From a virus: 64,000 nt of DNA. Positions 7,410 to 17,680 of this stretch are shown here, in pieces. The stretch spans positions 76,800-140,799 of IMG/VR virus record IMGVR_UViG_3300042384_000211. One strand, 5' to 3'. The notes under the pieces were generated by a model that did no database searches, was not told where the DNA came from, and saw nothing but the letters and a program-made list of their open reading frames with translations. The position numbers and the translations under genes are program-made. Position 1 is the first letter of the stretch. Each line of letters opens with the position of its first letter.

Positions 7410-8621
7410 TTAGAAGAATAAGATAGCACCTGCTGATACTGAACGTGATTTACCTTCTGCACCGTTTTGTGCTTCTGATTTAACGTCTGAGTATTCAGCA
7501 ACTAAGTTCACGTGTTTTGTGAGTGGGTGATAAGCACCAACAGTCCACATTTCGTTTTTCGAAACTAAAGCTGTAGCTGTTTCGCCACTGTTACGATCTA
7601 ATTTACTTTGACCATAACTTAGACCAAGTTTGGTAGCAGTAGGCAATGTGTATGTACCTTGCACGTAGCCGCCATTTGAATCACGACGTTTACCTGTAGC
7701 ATCAAAGCCGTCTAGTAATTGTAGTGAACGGCCAATACCTTTACCATCAAAGTAGTAAGCAGTTAACCCGTATGGACCAGCAGACAAGTTTGTACCAACG
7801 TCCCATGCATAAGCACGGCTGTCGGCGTTAGCACCAGATAGGCCTTCAACTTTTTGTGAAATAGCACTTGACCAAACTTTAGCAGCAATAGGGCCTGCTA
7901 GTGAGTAAGATACTTTACCTTCGAATGCTGGTTGAGCGCCGCCACGTCCTGTTGAAGTAGCTGAAGCAGCTTGTACACCTGCTGTTACTGCATTTAAGTC
8001 AGCTGTTTGAGCATTCCATGCTTGTGTTACACCAGCAGTGAATTGGAAGCCGTCGAAGTTTGGTGATGTGTAGGCAACTTGTGATTTCCAGTCAGCGTAC
8101 ATATAACCAGTCCCAATACGACCTAACGTTGTTGTGTTACCAGCTAGTGCACCAGCGCCTGCACCAACACCCAGCAATGTCATGTCGTTAAGGATTGCAT
8201 CAGAAGCGTAGATACCTAAATCTTTACCTAGTTTTACACTACCCCATGATTTATCACCGATGGTTAAGAATGCTTGACGATTTTCTTGGTTAGCTGTTTG
8301 AATACCGGCTTGTGTTGTAGAAGCACCCGGATTGATAGCAATTGTAAAACCGATGTCTAGATCATTTTGACGTGACTTACCAGAAACTGATAATACGTTT
8401 GGTAATAAACCAGTTGTGATATTTGATTCGTTACGTTGACCTGTAGCATTAGGTCCACCTAGACCACCAACTACTGCACTGCCTGTGCCGCGTGTGTTTG
8501 TGTAGTAAGCGTTTACAACGCCACCGATGTCTAGTGTCCAATCACCAGCTGGAATTTGAATGCCAGCGTGAGCAGTTGAATACATACTTGCTAATAATGT
8601 TGCTAATAATAATTTCTTCAT
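7410..8621 (-). CDS. Gram-negative general porin
   Basis: MKKLLLATLL signal peptide after an AGGAG RBS (start 8621 preferred over 8651); WGSVKLGK, YTSPNFDGF; C-terminal Phe. Confidence 0.88.
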   Translation of the reverse strand: MKKLLLATLLASMYSTAHAGIQIPAGDWTLDIGGVVNAYYTNTRGTGSAVVGGLGGPNATGQRNESNITTGLLPNVLSVSGKSRQNDLDIGFTIAINPGASTTQAGIQTANQENRQAFLTIGDKSWGSVKLGKDLGIYASDAILNDMTLLGVGAGAGALAGNTTTLGRIGTGYMYADWKSQVAYTSPNFDGFQFTAGVTQAWNAQTADLNAVTAGVQAASATSTGRGGAQPAFEGKVSYSLAGPIAAKVWSSAISQKVEGLSGANADSRAYAWDVGTNLSAGPYGLTAYYFDGKGIGRSLQLLDGFDATGKRRDSNGGYVQGTYTLPTATKLGLSYGQSKLDRNSGETATALVSKNEMWTVGAYHPLTKHVNLVAEYSDVKSEAQNGAEGKSRSVSAGAILFF

Positions 8622-8668
8622 TACGATACTTCTCCTTTTATTGGATAACACTAATATGTTATACTATC

Positions 8669-8697
8669 AGTGTATAGTATTTATAATGATGTGTCAA
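8669..8697 (-). promoter_or_regulatory. Combined sigma70 and late promoter for the porin
   Basis: TTGACA-N17-TACACT with TATAAATA inside the spacer. Confidence 0.65.
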
Positions 8698-8772
8698 CCT
8701 TTTGTTGTTTTTTGATAACATTGTTGTAAAAATACAACAGTTATTAATACCGTTACAGTATCGATTCTGCTG

Positions 8773-10128
8773 TTATTGCCCTTGTATTACAGTTATTGCC
8801 TGACAGGCACTAGCGCAACTACTATTAATACTGTAAAACTGTTGCACTGTACCTTGCTGATTTAAGTTTAAACTTCTAGCACCTGCTCCACTTAGAGTAA
8901 TGTCAGCCATGTGTGCAGCACTGCCCTGTTGAGTTATGTCTACTGTCTTATTACCGCCACTTACTGTCAAATCTAAGTGGTGATTGCCTGCGTCTTTCTG
9001 CAAGACCGAGACTGTATTAGCATTATTGTTAACTGTCGCGTATACACCCTTGGCGCCGCCTGTACTCTGCTGGATAACATCAACGTTATTATTGTTACCG
9101 AGAATATTTAAATCGGTATAGTTTGCAACAGTTGACGCTGTACCAGATTGGGTTATATCAACTGTATTTGAACTACCATTTCCGTAGTAGTCAACATAGT
9201 TATTTCTTGTGCCGGTTTGATTTACCACAATGGTATTGTTGTTGCCTATCTGTTCAATGTACACCTGACTGTCCTGTGTTGTCCTATTGATAAAGGCCTG
9301 CATAGAAGCTGATTTTTCAACGTCTATAGAAAAGGCGGCTGAACTACCGCCACAACATAAACTAGGAGCAACTGGTTCTGCAGGTGGAGCAGTAGACCCG
9401 GCATTAGGAGCCACAGCACCAAATGTCTGCCCATTCAATGCAGTAGTGCCCTGAATTTCATCTATAAACAACATCGGGCTTAGTGCTGTATCACCAAGAT
9501 TAAATGAGGCAAATCCTAATATGTACGTACCAGTTTCTGGCACTGTAAAGCGAGCCTGTTGCCACCCAGTTGAACCATAAGAACCTGTAGCATAGTTACC
9601 TGTACCAGGATTAGTAAATCCCAGTAGAGCATAGCGTTGTTGACTGTTGTTTAAGTTAGGAGTAATACCACCATTGGTAGCATGTGTCAGAGTCATCATA
9701 CTGCCGTCATTAAAGGGTGTATAGTCCGTACTTAAATAATTCCAACCAAATGTATATGTGGTTCCTGCTTGTAGAGATATTTCTCGTTTGATCCAAGAAG
9801 CATTAGTAGGAGTAGCATTACCACCACCTCCATTTTGACTTTGAAATGTTAAGTAGTTTCTTATGGCTGTATTTTCTACTGAAGTTAATCCTAACTGAGT
9901 AGTGGCCGTATTGAACTGCACACTGCCTGTGGGTTGAAGACGACCCATCTTTGTACCATAAGGATTCACTGTCCAATTCTTTCCGCCACCGGGACTGACA
10001 CTGGTAGTGCCCAATACTGTAACATCACCGCCGCTTGCGGTCCAGCCAGTTAAATTGCCAGACTCAAACCCCAACTGGGCCAGAGCATTATTACATATGA
10101 ATAACATAACAAGTGCAATTAATCTCAT
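8773..10128 (-). CDS. Secreted protein with an N-terminal beta-rich domain and C-terminal curlin repeats
   Basis: Signal peptide; GFESGNLTGW domain; Pro-rich linker; repeats YIEQIGNNN, VNQTGTRNN, DITQSG, DITQQG, NLNQQG. Confidence 0.7.
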   Translation of the reverse strand: MRLIALVMLFICNNALAQLGFESGNLTGWTASGGDVTVLGTTSVSPGGGKNWTVNPYGTKMGRLQPTGSVQFNTATTQLGLTSVENTAIRNYLTFQSQNGGGGNATPTNASWIKREISLQAGTTYTFGWNYLSTDYTPFNDGSMMTLTHATNGGITPNLNNSQQRYALLGFTNPGTGNYATGSYGSTGWQQARFTVPETGTYILGFASFNLGDTALSPMLFIDEIQGTTALNGQTFGAVAPNAGSTAPPAEPVAPSLCCGGSSAAFSIDVEKSASMQAFINRTTQDSQVYIEQIGNNNTIVVNQTGTRNNYVDYYGNGSSNTVDITQSGTASTVANYTDLNILGNNNNVDVIQQSTGGAKGVYATVNNNANTVSVLQKDAGNHHLDLTVSGGNKTVDITQQGSAAHMADITLSGAGARSLNLNQQGTVQQFYSINSSCASACQAITVIQGQ

Positions 10129-11213
10129 CTGCGTAACACTCCAGAATTCTGTTTAATACGCACTACATTACCACCCGGATCACCCGAACCAATTATAGCC
10201 GAAGCTATGTTGTCATCATGTGTAATTTCAATCGAAGTATTACTTTCGTAGCCCTGTGTTTTAACTTCAGCATAGTGATCTTCGCTTTGGCGGAACGCAA
10301 CGCCTCGACCACGTGCTTGAATAGTATCACCGTCGGGTCGTTCCCATCTCACACAGATATTAGTTGTTGGATTACAACCGGTTTTGCCGCTATCGAAACT
10401 GTAAGGTAGTACCACAGCCTTAGCGTCGGGTTCGTTGTCCATACGCTGTGACATTTGACTGACCTGTATAGCTTCCAATTCTTCTTGTTCTAGTTCGCGT
10501 TTACTTTTTGCCGCGTCTTTACTAGCTCGAATAATTTCTGGCGGGCGAGCAATAATAAGACTGTTGCCAATCTTACCTTCAACTGTATTAATAATAACCG
10601 GAGGACTAGGCATCATGTTAGCACTGGTTACATAGGTACCTTCAAATGCTTTGTCTAGGGTAACTATGCCAGCAAGTGTACTGACTTCAATCTTGCCTAC
10701 TTTACATAAGTTTTCTTCTAGCTCGTATTCTTTGATCTTTTCGCCTTCTTTACAGCTAGGTACAAGAATTACTAGACTCTGCCCTGCTTCGTCTACAGTC
10801 ATGTTAAAGTCTGTACCTCGAACAGCAATTGATGCTGTGGGGGTTTTAATGTCTACTCGTTGTGGATTATTTTTAGCAATTTGTCCACTGGCATAACGTA
10901 CTGTGCCCATACCTACTTTAAGAGCTAGCTTGCCTGCATCGGATTTTTTAGGATCAAAAACAAAGTCGTCTATCATTAGTCGACTGTTTTCTGTTATTTT
11001 TACTTTGGTGTCATCTTTAAATGTAATGTTGCTAACACAGCCGCCTGTAACATAGGTATCCATACTTTCTATGGCGGCACCTTTATTACCAGGCAGGGTC
11101 TGTTTAGCACGCTCTATTGAGCAAGCGGTACCTTTAGTATCGCTTACTGTCCCAATGCCCGCCCATGCGTTAGTAACTGCTACTAAGCATGCTATTGCAA
11201 GCAATAGTTTCAT
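10125..11213 (-). CDS. FecR-domain protein
   Basis: Signal peptide; ITFKDDTKVKITENSRL, GTVRY, IKTPTASIAVRGTDF. Confidence 0.85.
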   Translation of the reverse strand: MKLLLAIACLVAVTNAWAGIGTVSDTKGTACSIERAKQTLPGNKGAAIESMDTYVTGGCVSNITFKDDTKVKITENSRLMIDDFVFDPKKSDAGKLALKVGMGTVRYASGQIAKNNPQRVDIKTPTASIAVRGTDFNMTVDEAGQSLVILVPSCKEGEKIKEYELEENLCKVGKIEVSTLAGIVTLDKAFEGTYVTSANMMPSPPVIINTVEGKIGNSLIIARPPEIIRASKDAAKSKRELEQEELEAIQVSQMSQRMDNEPDAKAVVLPYSFDSGKTGCNPTTNICVRWERPDGDTIQARGRGVAFRQSEDHYAEVKTQGYESNTSIEITHDDNIASAIIGSGDPGGNVVRIKQNSGVLRR

Positions 11214-11216
11214 TGA

Positions 11217-12002
11217 CTATCTCACTATTGCTGATACTGGACTTACTATAGCGCCGCTACTCGAACGAACAGTAATTGTATTATTATTACCGGTTGTGCT
11301 GATATTAAATGTAGTATCATTTGTACCTTGTTGCTGTGTAGTAATACTGTTAAAATCACCTGTAGTTGAGGTAACTAAACTATGACCAGCACTACCTGCA
11401 GCATCAATTTGTTGTATATTGAATATGTTGTTACTACCACTAATAGTGTTGGTAATATCAGCGTTGCTAGTAGTTACAGTAGTGGTCAATTGGTTACTAC
11501 CACCGTTAATAGTAGTTGATAATGCATTATCACTACCAACAATATTAGTAATCAACATATTAGTACTACCAGTAACAGTTTCAGTAACAGTATTACGCAT
11601 ACCATTAGTGTTAGTATCACCGATTGTAAGTTTGCTTTGATTACCGTCACCAGTTAGAGTACTTGTAAAGCTATTATTTCCACCTTTGATGTTGTACTGT
11701 GATTGGTTATCATCGCCGGTTTGTGTAATAGTAACACCGTTATTGCTACCGTTAATTGTAGCATAATTACTTGTACTAGGTGCTGTTACTGTTAATGTAC
11801 TTAGACCTGTTGCGTCAACTGCTACACTACCAGCAATACCACCAACATCGTTTGTGCCGCCGACTTGTTCAATTGTAACAATATTGGTGCTACCTAATTG
11901 TTCAATGTAAACACGGTTAGGTCCTGTTGGACCTGCGGCCATCAATGATGTTGATAACGCTAAAAACATCATACTTACTGTTGCTTTTAAATTATATTTC
12001 AT
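11217..12002 (-). CDS. Curlin-like subunit (CsgA/CsgB-like)
   Basis: Signal peptide; Asn/Thr/Gly-rich repeats YIEQLGSTN, TIEQVGGTN, TITQTGDDN, TTQQQGTN; next to csgG. Confidence 0.75.
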   Translation of the reverse strand: MKYNLKATVSMMFLALSTSLMAAGPTGPNRVYIEQLGSTNIVTIEQVGGTNDVGGIAGSVAVDATGLSTLTVTAPSTSNYATINGSNNGVTITQTGDDNQSQYNIKGGNNSFTSTLTGDGNQSKLTIGDTNTNGMRNTVTETVTGSTNMLITNIVGSDNALSTTINGGSNQLTTTVTTSNADITNTISGSNNIFNIQQIDAAGSAGHSLVTSTTGDFNSITTQQQGTNDTTFNISTTGNNNTITVRSSSGAIVSPVSAIVR

Positions 12003-12035
12003 CGTCGTGCTCCTTGGATTTTTAAAATCCTATTA

Positions 12036-12902
12036 TTATTTTATTGTTTCTAACAGCGGGTATGTTATACCATCTGTTTGTACTACAGGCTTAGGTTCTT
12101 CTTTGTAAGACCAATGCCCTTTACGAACCCCTTCTCGAATAGTAGCAATCACGGCCGCTTTTACTGCTAGGCTTGTTGCTTTATTGATACTTTCATTGAT
12201 ACTCATACCAGTTTCAGCTTCGACGGCTTTTGTGCCTTCTTCAACAAACTTTAATACACCAAGTTTGTCCATGTAGCTTAATACTGTTTTAGTAACTGTT
12301 ACAGTTGTTAATACTTCACCTGTATTAACACTTACTGTTCTTAATGTAACCGTTACTGTATCACTTTGGTATTGCGTTTGTGCGCCAATACCTAGTATAC
12401 GAACACCACTACCACCCGTAAGCAGGTTACTATCGTAGCCTGTTATACTTCCTTCAACAATAACACCAGCAAACATCATTGGTGGTAATGCCTTAGCTTC
12501 ACGACCTTGATATTGTTCACGCATCTGACGAATCATCTGACGTTCTTTAATCAAATTGTCTAACCCTACACGTTCTAACACAGTAAACCAACGTTGGTCG
12601 CCTACATCTTGTAGGGCGCCAATTAGGTATGCTTCTGCACCTTGCGATACTGCTGTACTAAAACTAGCCACGTTGGGTACATTTTTACGCTGTCCGGTTT
12701 TATCTAAGAAACTATATACTGCTACCGGAACGGGGCCGCCGCTCGGAGGTAATACCTTATTCTCTGGTTTAGTAAAGTATGTTTCACGTACTATCTCAGG
12801 TTTATCAAATTGCTCACTTGTTATTTGTTCACGGATAGCACTACTTGTTGCACATCCTGTTAACAGTGCGGTTATTAATAAGGATATAAGTGTTTTATTC
12901 AT
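12036..12902 (-). CDS. csgG: Curli secretion channel lipoprotein CsgG
   Basis: Lipobox LLTGC; AVYSFLDKTGQRK, FSTAVSQGA, WFTVLERVGLDNLIKERQMIR. Confidence 0.95.
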   Translation of the reverse strand: MNKTLISLLITALLTGCATSSAIREQITSEQFDKPEIVRETYFTKPENKVLPPSGGPVPVAVYSFLDKTGQRKNVPNVASFSTAVSQGAEAYLIGALQDVGDQRWFTVLERVGLDNLIKERQMIRQMREQYQGREAKALPPMMFAGVIVEGSITGYDSNLLTGGSGVRILGIGAQTQYQSDTVTVTLRTVSVNTGEVLTTVTVTKTVLSYMDKLGVLKFVEEGTKAVEAETGMSINESINKATSLAVKAAVIATIREGVRKGHWSYKEEPKPVVQTDGITYPLLETIK

Positions 12903-12911
12903 GTATATTCC

Positions 12912-13409
12912 TTAAAAATAAAATGAGCCTGCAGGCACTTTCATTGTTGTAATATTATTAACGTTAGCTAGGTCCTGTATAGTGATGATAATTAACCCAT
13001 TATCATTACCTGCACCCAAACTCCATTGAATACTATTTCCGCCTAAGTTTGGAATATTACCGCATACTACACCCGCTGTAGTACAAGTAGCACCTTCTCC
13101 AAACATACTGTCAGTTAGTTGTTTAGCCAACTGACTATAAATTCTTGATTCCAGATTAGCAATAAAGCGTGCCTGCGGAGTATTAAGTGCAGCAGATTCT
13201 GCTTTATCTCGAATAGCTTCTGCGGCAGATTCGCGCTTGTCTTTTGCTTGATCCTCTAATTGTTTAATCGTAAGGGCATGTATACCAAATCCTTGTCCGT
13301 GAAATGCCGGACTATTAAAGGTGTGTACCATTTCTGCGGCCTGCGCAATATTAGCGCCAGCAGTTAGCACGACGACCATTAAAAGATTGTAGAACATAGA
13401 TTTAATCAT
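12912..13409 (-). CDS. csgF: Curli assembly protein CsgF
   Basis: Signal peptide then EMVHTFNSPAFHG; FIANLESRIYSQLAKQL; upstream of csgG. Confidence 0.85.
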   Translation of the reverse strand: MIKSMFYNLLMVVVLTAGANIAQAAEMVHTFNSPAFHGQGFGIHALTIKQLEDQAKDKRESAAEAIRDKAESAALNTPQARFIANLESRIYSQLAKQLTDSMFGEGATCTTAGVVCGNIPNLGGNSIQWSLGAGNDNGLIIITIQDLANVNNITTMKVPAGSFYF

Positions 13410-13414
13410 GTGAA

Positions 13415-13444
13415 AGCCCCTGTTAGTATTATTTAACGGGGGCT
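13415..13444 (-). promoter_or_regulatory. RBS-sequestering hairpin enclosing a late promoter
   Basis: AGCCCC-C-GTTA-AATAATAC-TAAC-A-GGGGCT; 3' arm holds the AGGGG RBS of csgF, TAAATA lies within the hairpin. Confidence 0.55.
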
Positions 13445-13480
13445 CATTGATAAATTATAGTGTATTATTACTTAACCGTT

Positions 13481-13807
13481 TTAGTCGGATACTACTGCTT
13501 CTGCTTCGTTAATACGTCTGATAATTTCTTCGTAAAATGTATCTACCTCACCACCAAATTTACCTATTAGATAATTAGCAGCATCTCGACAGTAACTATA
13601 CTGTTTAGACTGGTATCCGTTAATAAACTCATGATGTAATTTAACCCACGATTCTAATTGTGGCATGTCAGTTAGCGTTATTTTATCTGCAGGTATAACA
13701 CAAAATACTGCCAATGGTTGGCCTTCGACATCTATTGTTTCTAGATCTAGTACTGTGTATTTTTCTCGGAGTTTTCCTGCATTTTCTTTACCGAATATAA
13801 TTTCCAT
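13481..13807 (-). CDS. Hypothetical protein resembling the C-terminal part of the CHASE2 cyclase
   Basis: By-eye alignment to the last ~105 aa of 289..2301. Confidence 0.6.
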   Translation of the reverse strand: MEIIFGKENAGKLREKYTVLDLETIDVEGQPLAVFCVIPADKITLTDMPQLESWVKLHHEFINGYQSKQYSYCRDAANYLIGKFGGEVDTFYEEIIRRINEAEAVVSD

Positions 13808-14344
13808 TTATCTTTTCTCCGTAATGCCTGCTTGTTTGTACACATATTGTACTGCCTGTGCTTGACTTACTGCGTCTTCTAATGCATTGTGTAGGCCTGC
13901 TTTGTTCTTTTCACGTGGGTCACCTAGACTACTTAATAAGGTGCGACTGTCTCGAATCTGCCAAAACTGCCACGGACATGGTAAGCCCATCTGACGATAT
14001 AGGTTCTCTAAAATAACAATGTCAAACACAGGACCCTGTGCCCAGATATTATCTGCCCCTACTATAAATCTATTTAATTCTTTTGAAAACTGTTCTAACG
14101 AGATACGATTACCTTCACCAAGTGCTTCTTCACGGACATCTTCTGCTTGATTACCCCACCAAGCAATAGTATTATCATCAACGTGACGCCCTAAGGTGAT
14201 TTGCTCATCGATGTCAATACGGAAGTAGATACCGTCTACAATGTCATTTTGATTGTAAGGACTAAACTTGCAAGCACCAAATGTACAGATAGTAGCATCT
14301 GGGCGGGTTGACAAAGTTTCCAAATCGATCATTATATCGGACAT
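13808..14344 (-). CDS. DEDDh 3'-5' exonuclease
   Basis: MIDLETL, WAQGPVFD, RDSRT, HNALEDA. Confidence 0.88.
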   Translation of the reverse strand: MSDIMIDLETLSTRPDATICTFGACKFSPYNQNDIVDGIYFRIDIDEQITLGRHVDDNTIAWWGNQAEDVREEALGEGNRISLEQFSKELNRFIVGADNIWAQGPVFDIVILENLYRQMGLPCPWQFWQIRDSRTLLSSLGDPREKNKAGLHNALEDAVSQAQAVQYVYKQAGITEKR

Positions 14345-14823
14345 TATTTGTCACCTTTCAATAATTTTACAGTTTCAGCATGTGCTACACGTTTACGCAA
14401 ACTTGAACTAGAGAAACTGTGATCGCGACCATTAAACACTAGTTCAATGCCACGCACAAAACATTCTGCTTTTCCGGTAAACTCACTGTGCTCATATTCT
14501 ACACCTAGGATACGTACATCTAACGGCAATATTAATAACAGGTCAATTAGGTCTTGTTCTGTTTGATAGATTGCAACTTCATCTACATAACGACACGCGG
14601 CTAATTGGATCTGACGTTCAACAATACTTTGAATAGGTTTATTCTTAGTATCAGGACGGTCGATAGTTGGATCTGTTTGTAGGCCACAAATTAGGTAATC
14701 GCAGTGATTTTTAGCTTCACTTAGCATGGCTATATGCCCGGCGTGCAACATGTCAAAGGTACTAAAGGTTATGCCAATTTTTTTACCATCGGCTTTGAGT
14801 TCTTTGATTTTGTTAAAGATCAT
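14344..14823 (-). CDS. Cytidylyltransferase (TagD-like)
   Basis: FDMLHAGH (HxGH motif), ERQIQL, SSSSLR. Confidence 0.88.
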   Translation of the reverse strand: MIFNKIKELKADGKKIGITFSTFDMLHAGHIAMLSEAKNHCDYLICGLQTDPTIDRPDTKNKPIQSIVERQIQLAACRYVDEVAIYQTEQDLIDLLLILPLDVRILGVEYEHSEFTGKAECFVRGIELVFNGRDHSFSSSSLRKRVAHAETVKLLKGDK

Positions 14824-15125
14824 GCATCTGGCTCTAGTTTAATCACCAAAGGAAATCCATTAGTGCGAGCTAACTGTGTAACTTCTACACCTTTTTGTTC
14901 TGCCATTTCGTAGGGCAAAACTGCTACTGCGGCTGACCCTTCATCATGAATCTTTTTAGTTATTTCTGAAGCTGTGTCGGCAGAATGATTGAACACTACC
15001 ATAAGGCTTTCAATAACAAATTCCATAGTAGTTACATTATCGTTGAGATACAGCACTTTGAACATAGGAGGTTCTTTCACACCCATATTTACCTGTGGCT
15101 TTACTCTGGTTACGGCTTTGCCCAT
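14820..15125 (-). CDS. clpS: Clp protease adaptor ClpS
   Basis: PPMFKVLYLNDNVTTMEFV, IHDEG, AEQK, GFPL. Confidence 0.93.
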   Translation of the reverse strand: MGKAVTRVKPQVNMGVKEPPMFKVLYLNDNVTTMEFVIESLMVVFNHSADTASEITKKIHDEGSAAVAVLPYEMAEQKGVEVTQLARTNGFPLVIKLEPDA

Positions 15126-15188
15126 ATATGCTTCTCTCTATTTGTGTTGATAATAGGTGGAGTTTCCTCCACCCTTATAGTTATTATA

Positions 15189-15653
15189 CTATTTTTCGAA
15201 TGAAATTGCAACCTTTTGTCTAACTGGCTCAGGTATAAATTGAACCAATTTAACTGTTAGGATGCCATTTTTAACGTGCGCTGAGTTGACTTCTACTCCT
15301 TCAGCAAGTTTGATACGTTTGACAAAATCACGAGCAGCGATACCACGATGAATGTACTCTACTGGATTTTCGCGTAATTCTTCAAATGCCTCTTCTAAGC
15401 TAACTTCACGGTTAGTGCCACGGATAACTAATTCACCGTTTTCGATTTCTACATCTAATTCGTCTTCAGCAAAACCAGCTACTGCTAGTTCAATAGCGTA
15501 GTTATTTTCGTTTAGTTTAATTAGATTAAACGGTGGGTAGCCACTGTCCTTACCACGTTGCTCTAAGTGTTGCAGTTGTGCAAACAAATCATCAAAGCCA
15601 ATAGCAAATTTATAGATGCTAGGGATATCAAGGGTTGTGTAAACTTGTTTCAT
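15189..15653 (-). CDS. Small heat-shock protein (Hsp20/IbpA-like)
   Basis: YPPFN, IELAVAGF, YIHRGIAARDF, NGILTV. Confidence 0.95.
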   Translation of the reverse strand: MKQVYTTLDIPSIYKFAIGFDDLFAQLQHLEQRGKDSGYPPFNLIKLNENNYAIELAVAGFAEDELDVEIENGELVIRGTNREVSLEEAFEELRENPVEYIHRGIAARDFVKRIKLAEGVEVNSAHVKNGILTVKLVQFIPEPVRQKVAISFEK

Positions 15654-17572
15654 TATTTACTCTCCTTGTTAACTTCTGTGAATTCAGCATCCACAACACC
15701 ATCTTGCGCATCCGTTGGTGTCTGCTGACCCGGCTCAACTGTTGCTGACTCTTGTGCTTGTTTAGCTTGGTAGATTGGTGCTACTGGTTCTGCTAATTTT
15801 ACCATTGCTGATTTAATTGCTTCTGCATCATCACCTTTAATGGCTTCTTCTACAGCGGCAATAGCATCATTGATTGCAGTATGTTGTTCAGCAGTTACCG
15901 AGTCACCAGCTTCTTCTACAGTTTTCTTAACATCGTGAACCTGTGCTTCAGCTTGGTTACGTGCATCAACTAATTCACGCAATTTTTTATCTGCATCGGC
16001 ATTAACTTCTGCATCCTGTACCATTGCATCAATTTCTTCTTCAGTTAAACCTGAGTTAGCTTTGATAGTAATCTTGTTTTCTTTGCCAGTTGCTTTATCT
16101 TTAGCACTTACTTTTAAGATACCATTAGCATCAATGTCAAGAGTAATTTCAATTTGTGGTTGACCACGACGTTGCGGTTCGATACCTTCTAAGTTGAACT
16201 GGCCAAGTACTTTATTGTCTTTGACAAACTCACGCTCACCTTGTGCTACCATAACAGTAACAGCTGGTTGATTGTCCTCTGCTGTAGAGAATGTTTGGCT
16301 TGCTTTGGTAGGAATGGTTGTATTTTTCTTAATCAGCTTGGTCATAATACCACCCATTGTTTCAATACCCAATGATAGTGGAGTTACGTCTAGTAACAAT
16401 ACATCAGTTTTATCGCCGCCTAGTACAGCACCTTGAATAGCCGCACCGACTGCTACAGCTTCATCTGGGTTAACGTCTTTACGTGGAGCCTTACCAAAGA
16501 ATGCTTCAACAGCTTCTTGTACTTTAGGCATACGTGTTTGACCACCGACTAAGATAACATCGTCAATGTCACTAATGCTAATACCAGAGTCTTTAACAGC
16601 AATCTTACATGGATCAATTGAACGTTTGATTAAATCTTCAACTAGACCTTCAAACTTGCTACGTGTTAGTTTAACTGATAAGTGTTTAGGACCAGTAGCA
16701 TCAGCAGTAATGTATGGTAAGTTTACATCTGTCTGTGTTGAACTTGACAATTCAATCTTAGCCTTCTCAGCTGATTCTTTAAGACGTTGTAAGGCCAGCA
16801 TGTCTTGTTTTAAGTCAATGCCAGATTCTTTCTTAAACTCGTCTACCAAGTATTCCATAATACGTTGGTCAAAGTCTTCACCGCCTAAGAATGTATCACC
16901 ATTAGTTGACAATACTTCAAATTGTTTTTCACCGTCGATGTCACTGATTTCAATAATACTAATATCAAATGTACCACCACCTAGGTCATACACAGCAATC
17001 TTACGGTCTTTTTTATCACCTTTATCGCAACCAAATGCTAGTGCAGCCGCAGTTGGTTCGTTGATAATACGCAATACTTCTAAGCCTGCAATACGACCTG
17101 CATCTTTAGTTGCTTGACGTTGGCTGTCATTGAAGTAAGCAGGTACTGTAATAACTGCCTGCGTTACACTGTAACCCAAATAGTCTTCTGCTGTTAATTT
17201 CATTTTGCGCAGAACTTCTGCTGAAATTTGTGGAGGTGCTAGTTTGTCACCGTTGACTTCGACCCATGCATCACCATTTTCGTTTTTAACGATTTTGTAT
17301 GGCATTAGGTCAATGTCTTTTTGTACTGCTGGCTCGTCAAACTTACGACCAATTAGTCGTTTGCTGGCGTAGATTGTGTTTTTTGGATTAGTAACTGCTT
17401 GGCGTTTAGCACTAGCCCCCACAATGATTTCATCGCCGTAGGCAACGATACTTGGTGTAGTACGAGCACCTTCGTTATTTTCAATTACACGTGATTTATT
17501 GTTTTCAAGAATTGCGACGCAACTATTTGTAGTTCCAAGGTCTATGCCCAGAACAGGTGATTTTCTTGTCAT
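15653..17572 (-). CDS. dnaK: Chaperone DnaK
   Basis: [37 protein letters not shown]; start at ATG 17572 after an AAGGAG RBS. Confidence 0.98.
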   Translation of the reverse strand: MTRKSPVLGIDLGTTNSCVAILENNKSRVIENNEGARTTPSIVAYGDEIIVGASAKRQAVTNPKNTIYASKRLIGRKFDEPAVQKDIDLMPYKIVKNENGDAWVEVNGDKLAPPQISAEVLRKMKLTAEDYLGYSVTQAVITVPAYFNDSQRQATKDAGRIAGLEVLRIINEPTAAALAFGCDKGDKKDRKIAVYDLGGGTFDISIIEISDIDGEKQFEVLSTNGDTFLGGEDFDQRIMEYLVDEFKKESGIDLKQDMLALQRLKESAEKAKIELSSSTQTDVNLPYITADATGPKHLSVKLTRSKFEGLVEDLIKRSIDPCKIAVKDSGISISDIDDVILVGGQTRMPKVQEAVEAFFGKAPRKDVNPDEAVAVGAAIQGAVLGGDKTDVLLLDVTPLSLGIETMGGIMTKLIKKNTTIPTKASQTFSTAEDNQPAVTVMVAQGEREFVKDNKVLGQFNLEGIEPQRRGQPQIEITLDIDANGILKVSAKDKATGKENKITIKANSGLTEEEIDAMVQDAEVNADADKKLRELVDARNQAEAQVHDVKKTVEEAGDSVTAEQHTAINDAIAAVEEAIKGDDAEAIKSAMVKLAEPVAPIYQAKQAQESATVEPGQQTPTDAQDGVVDAEFTEVNKESK

Positions 17573-17651
17573 ATATTTCTCCTTTAAGTTAAGCAAGAAT
17601 AAATTAATTACGAACCCTATTATAGGCATTCGTATTACTATTTATCATTAA

Positions 17652-17680
17652 AGTATAACACTTCTTTATTTTTTTGTCAA
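17652..17680 (-). promoter_or_regulatory. sigma70 promoter for dnaK, overlapping the HNH 3' end
   Basis: TTGACA-N17-TATACT; late-type ATAAATA follows at about 17639-17645. Confidence 0.65.

Noticed and set aside
16566-17117. 183-aa + strand ORF and similar antisense ORFs in the track
   Set aside because: These are shadows of well-supported minus-strand genes, with no motifs or RBS
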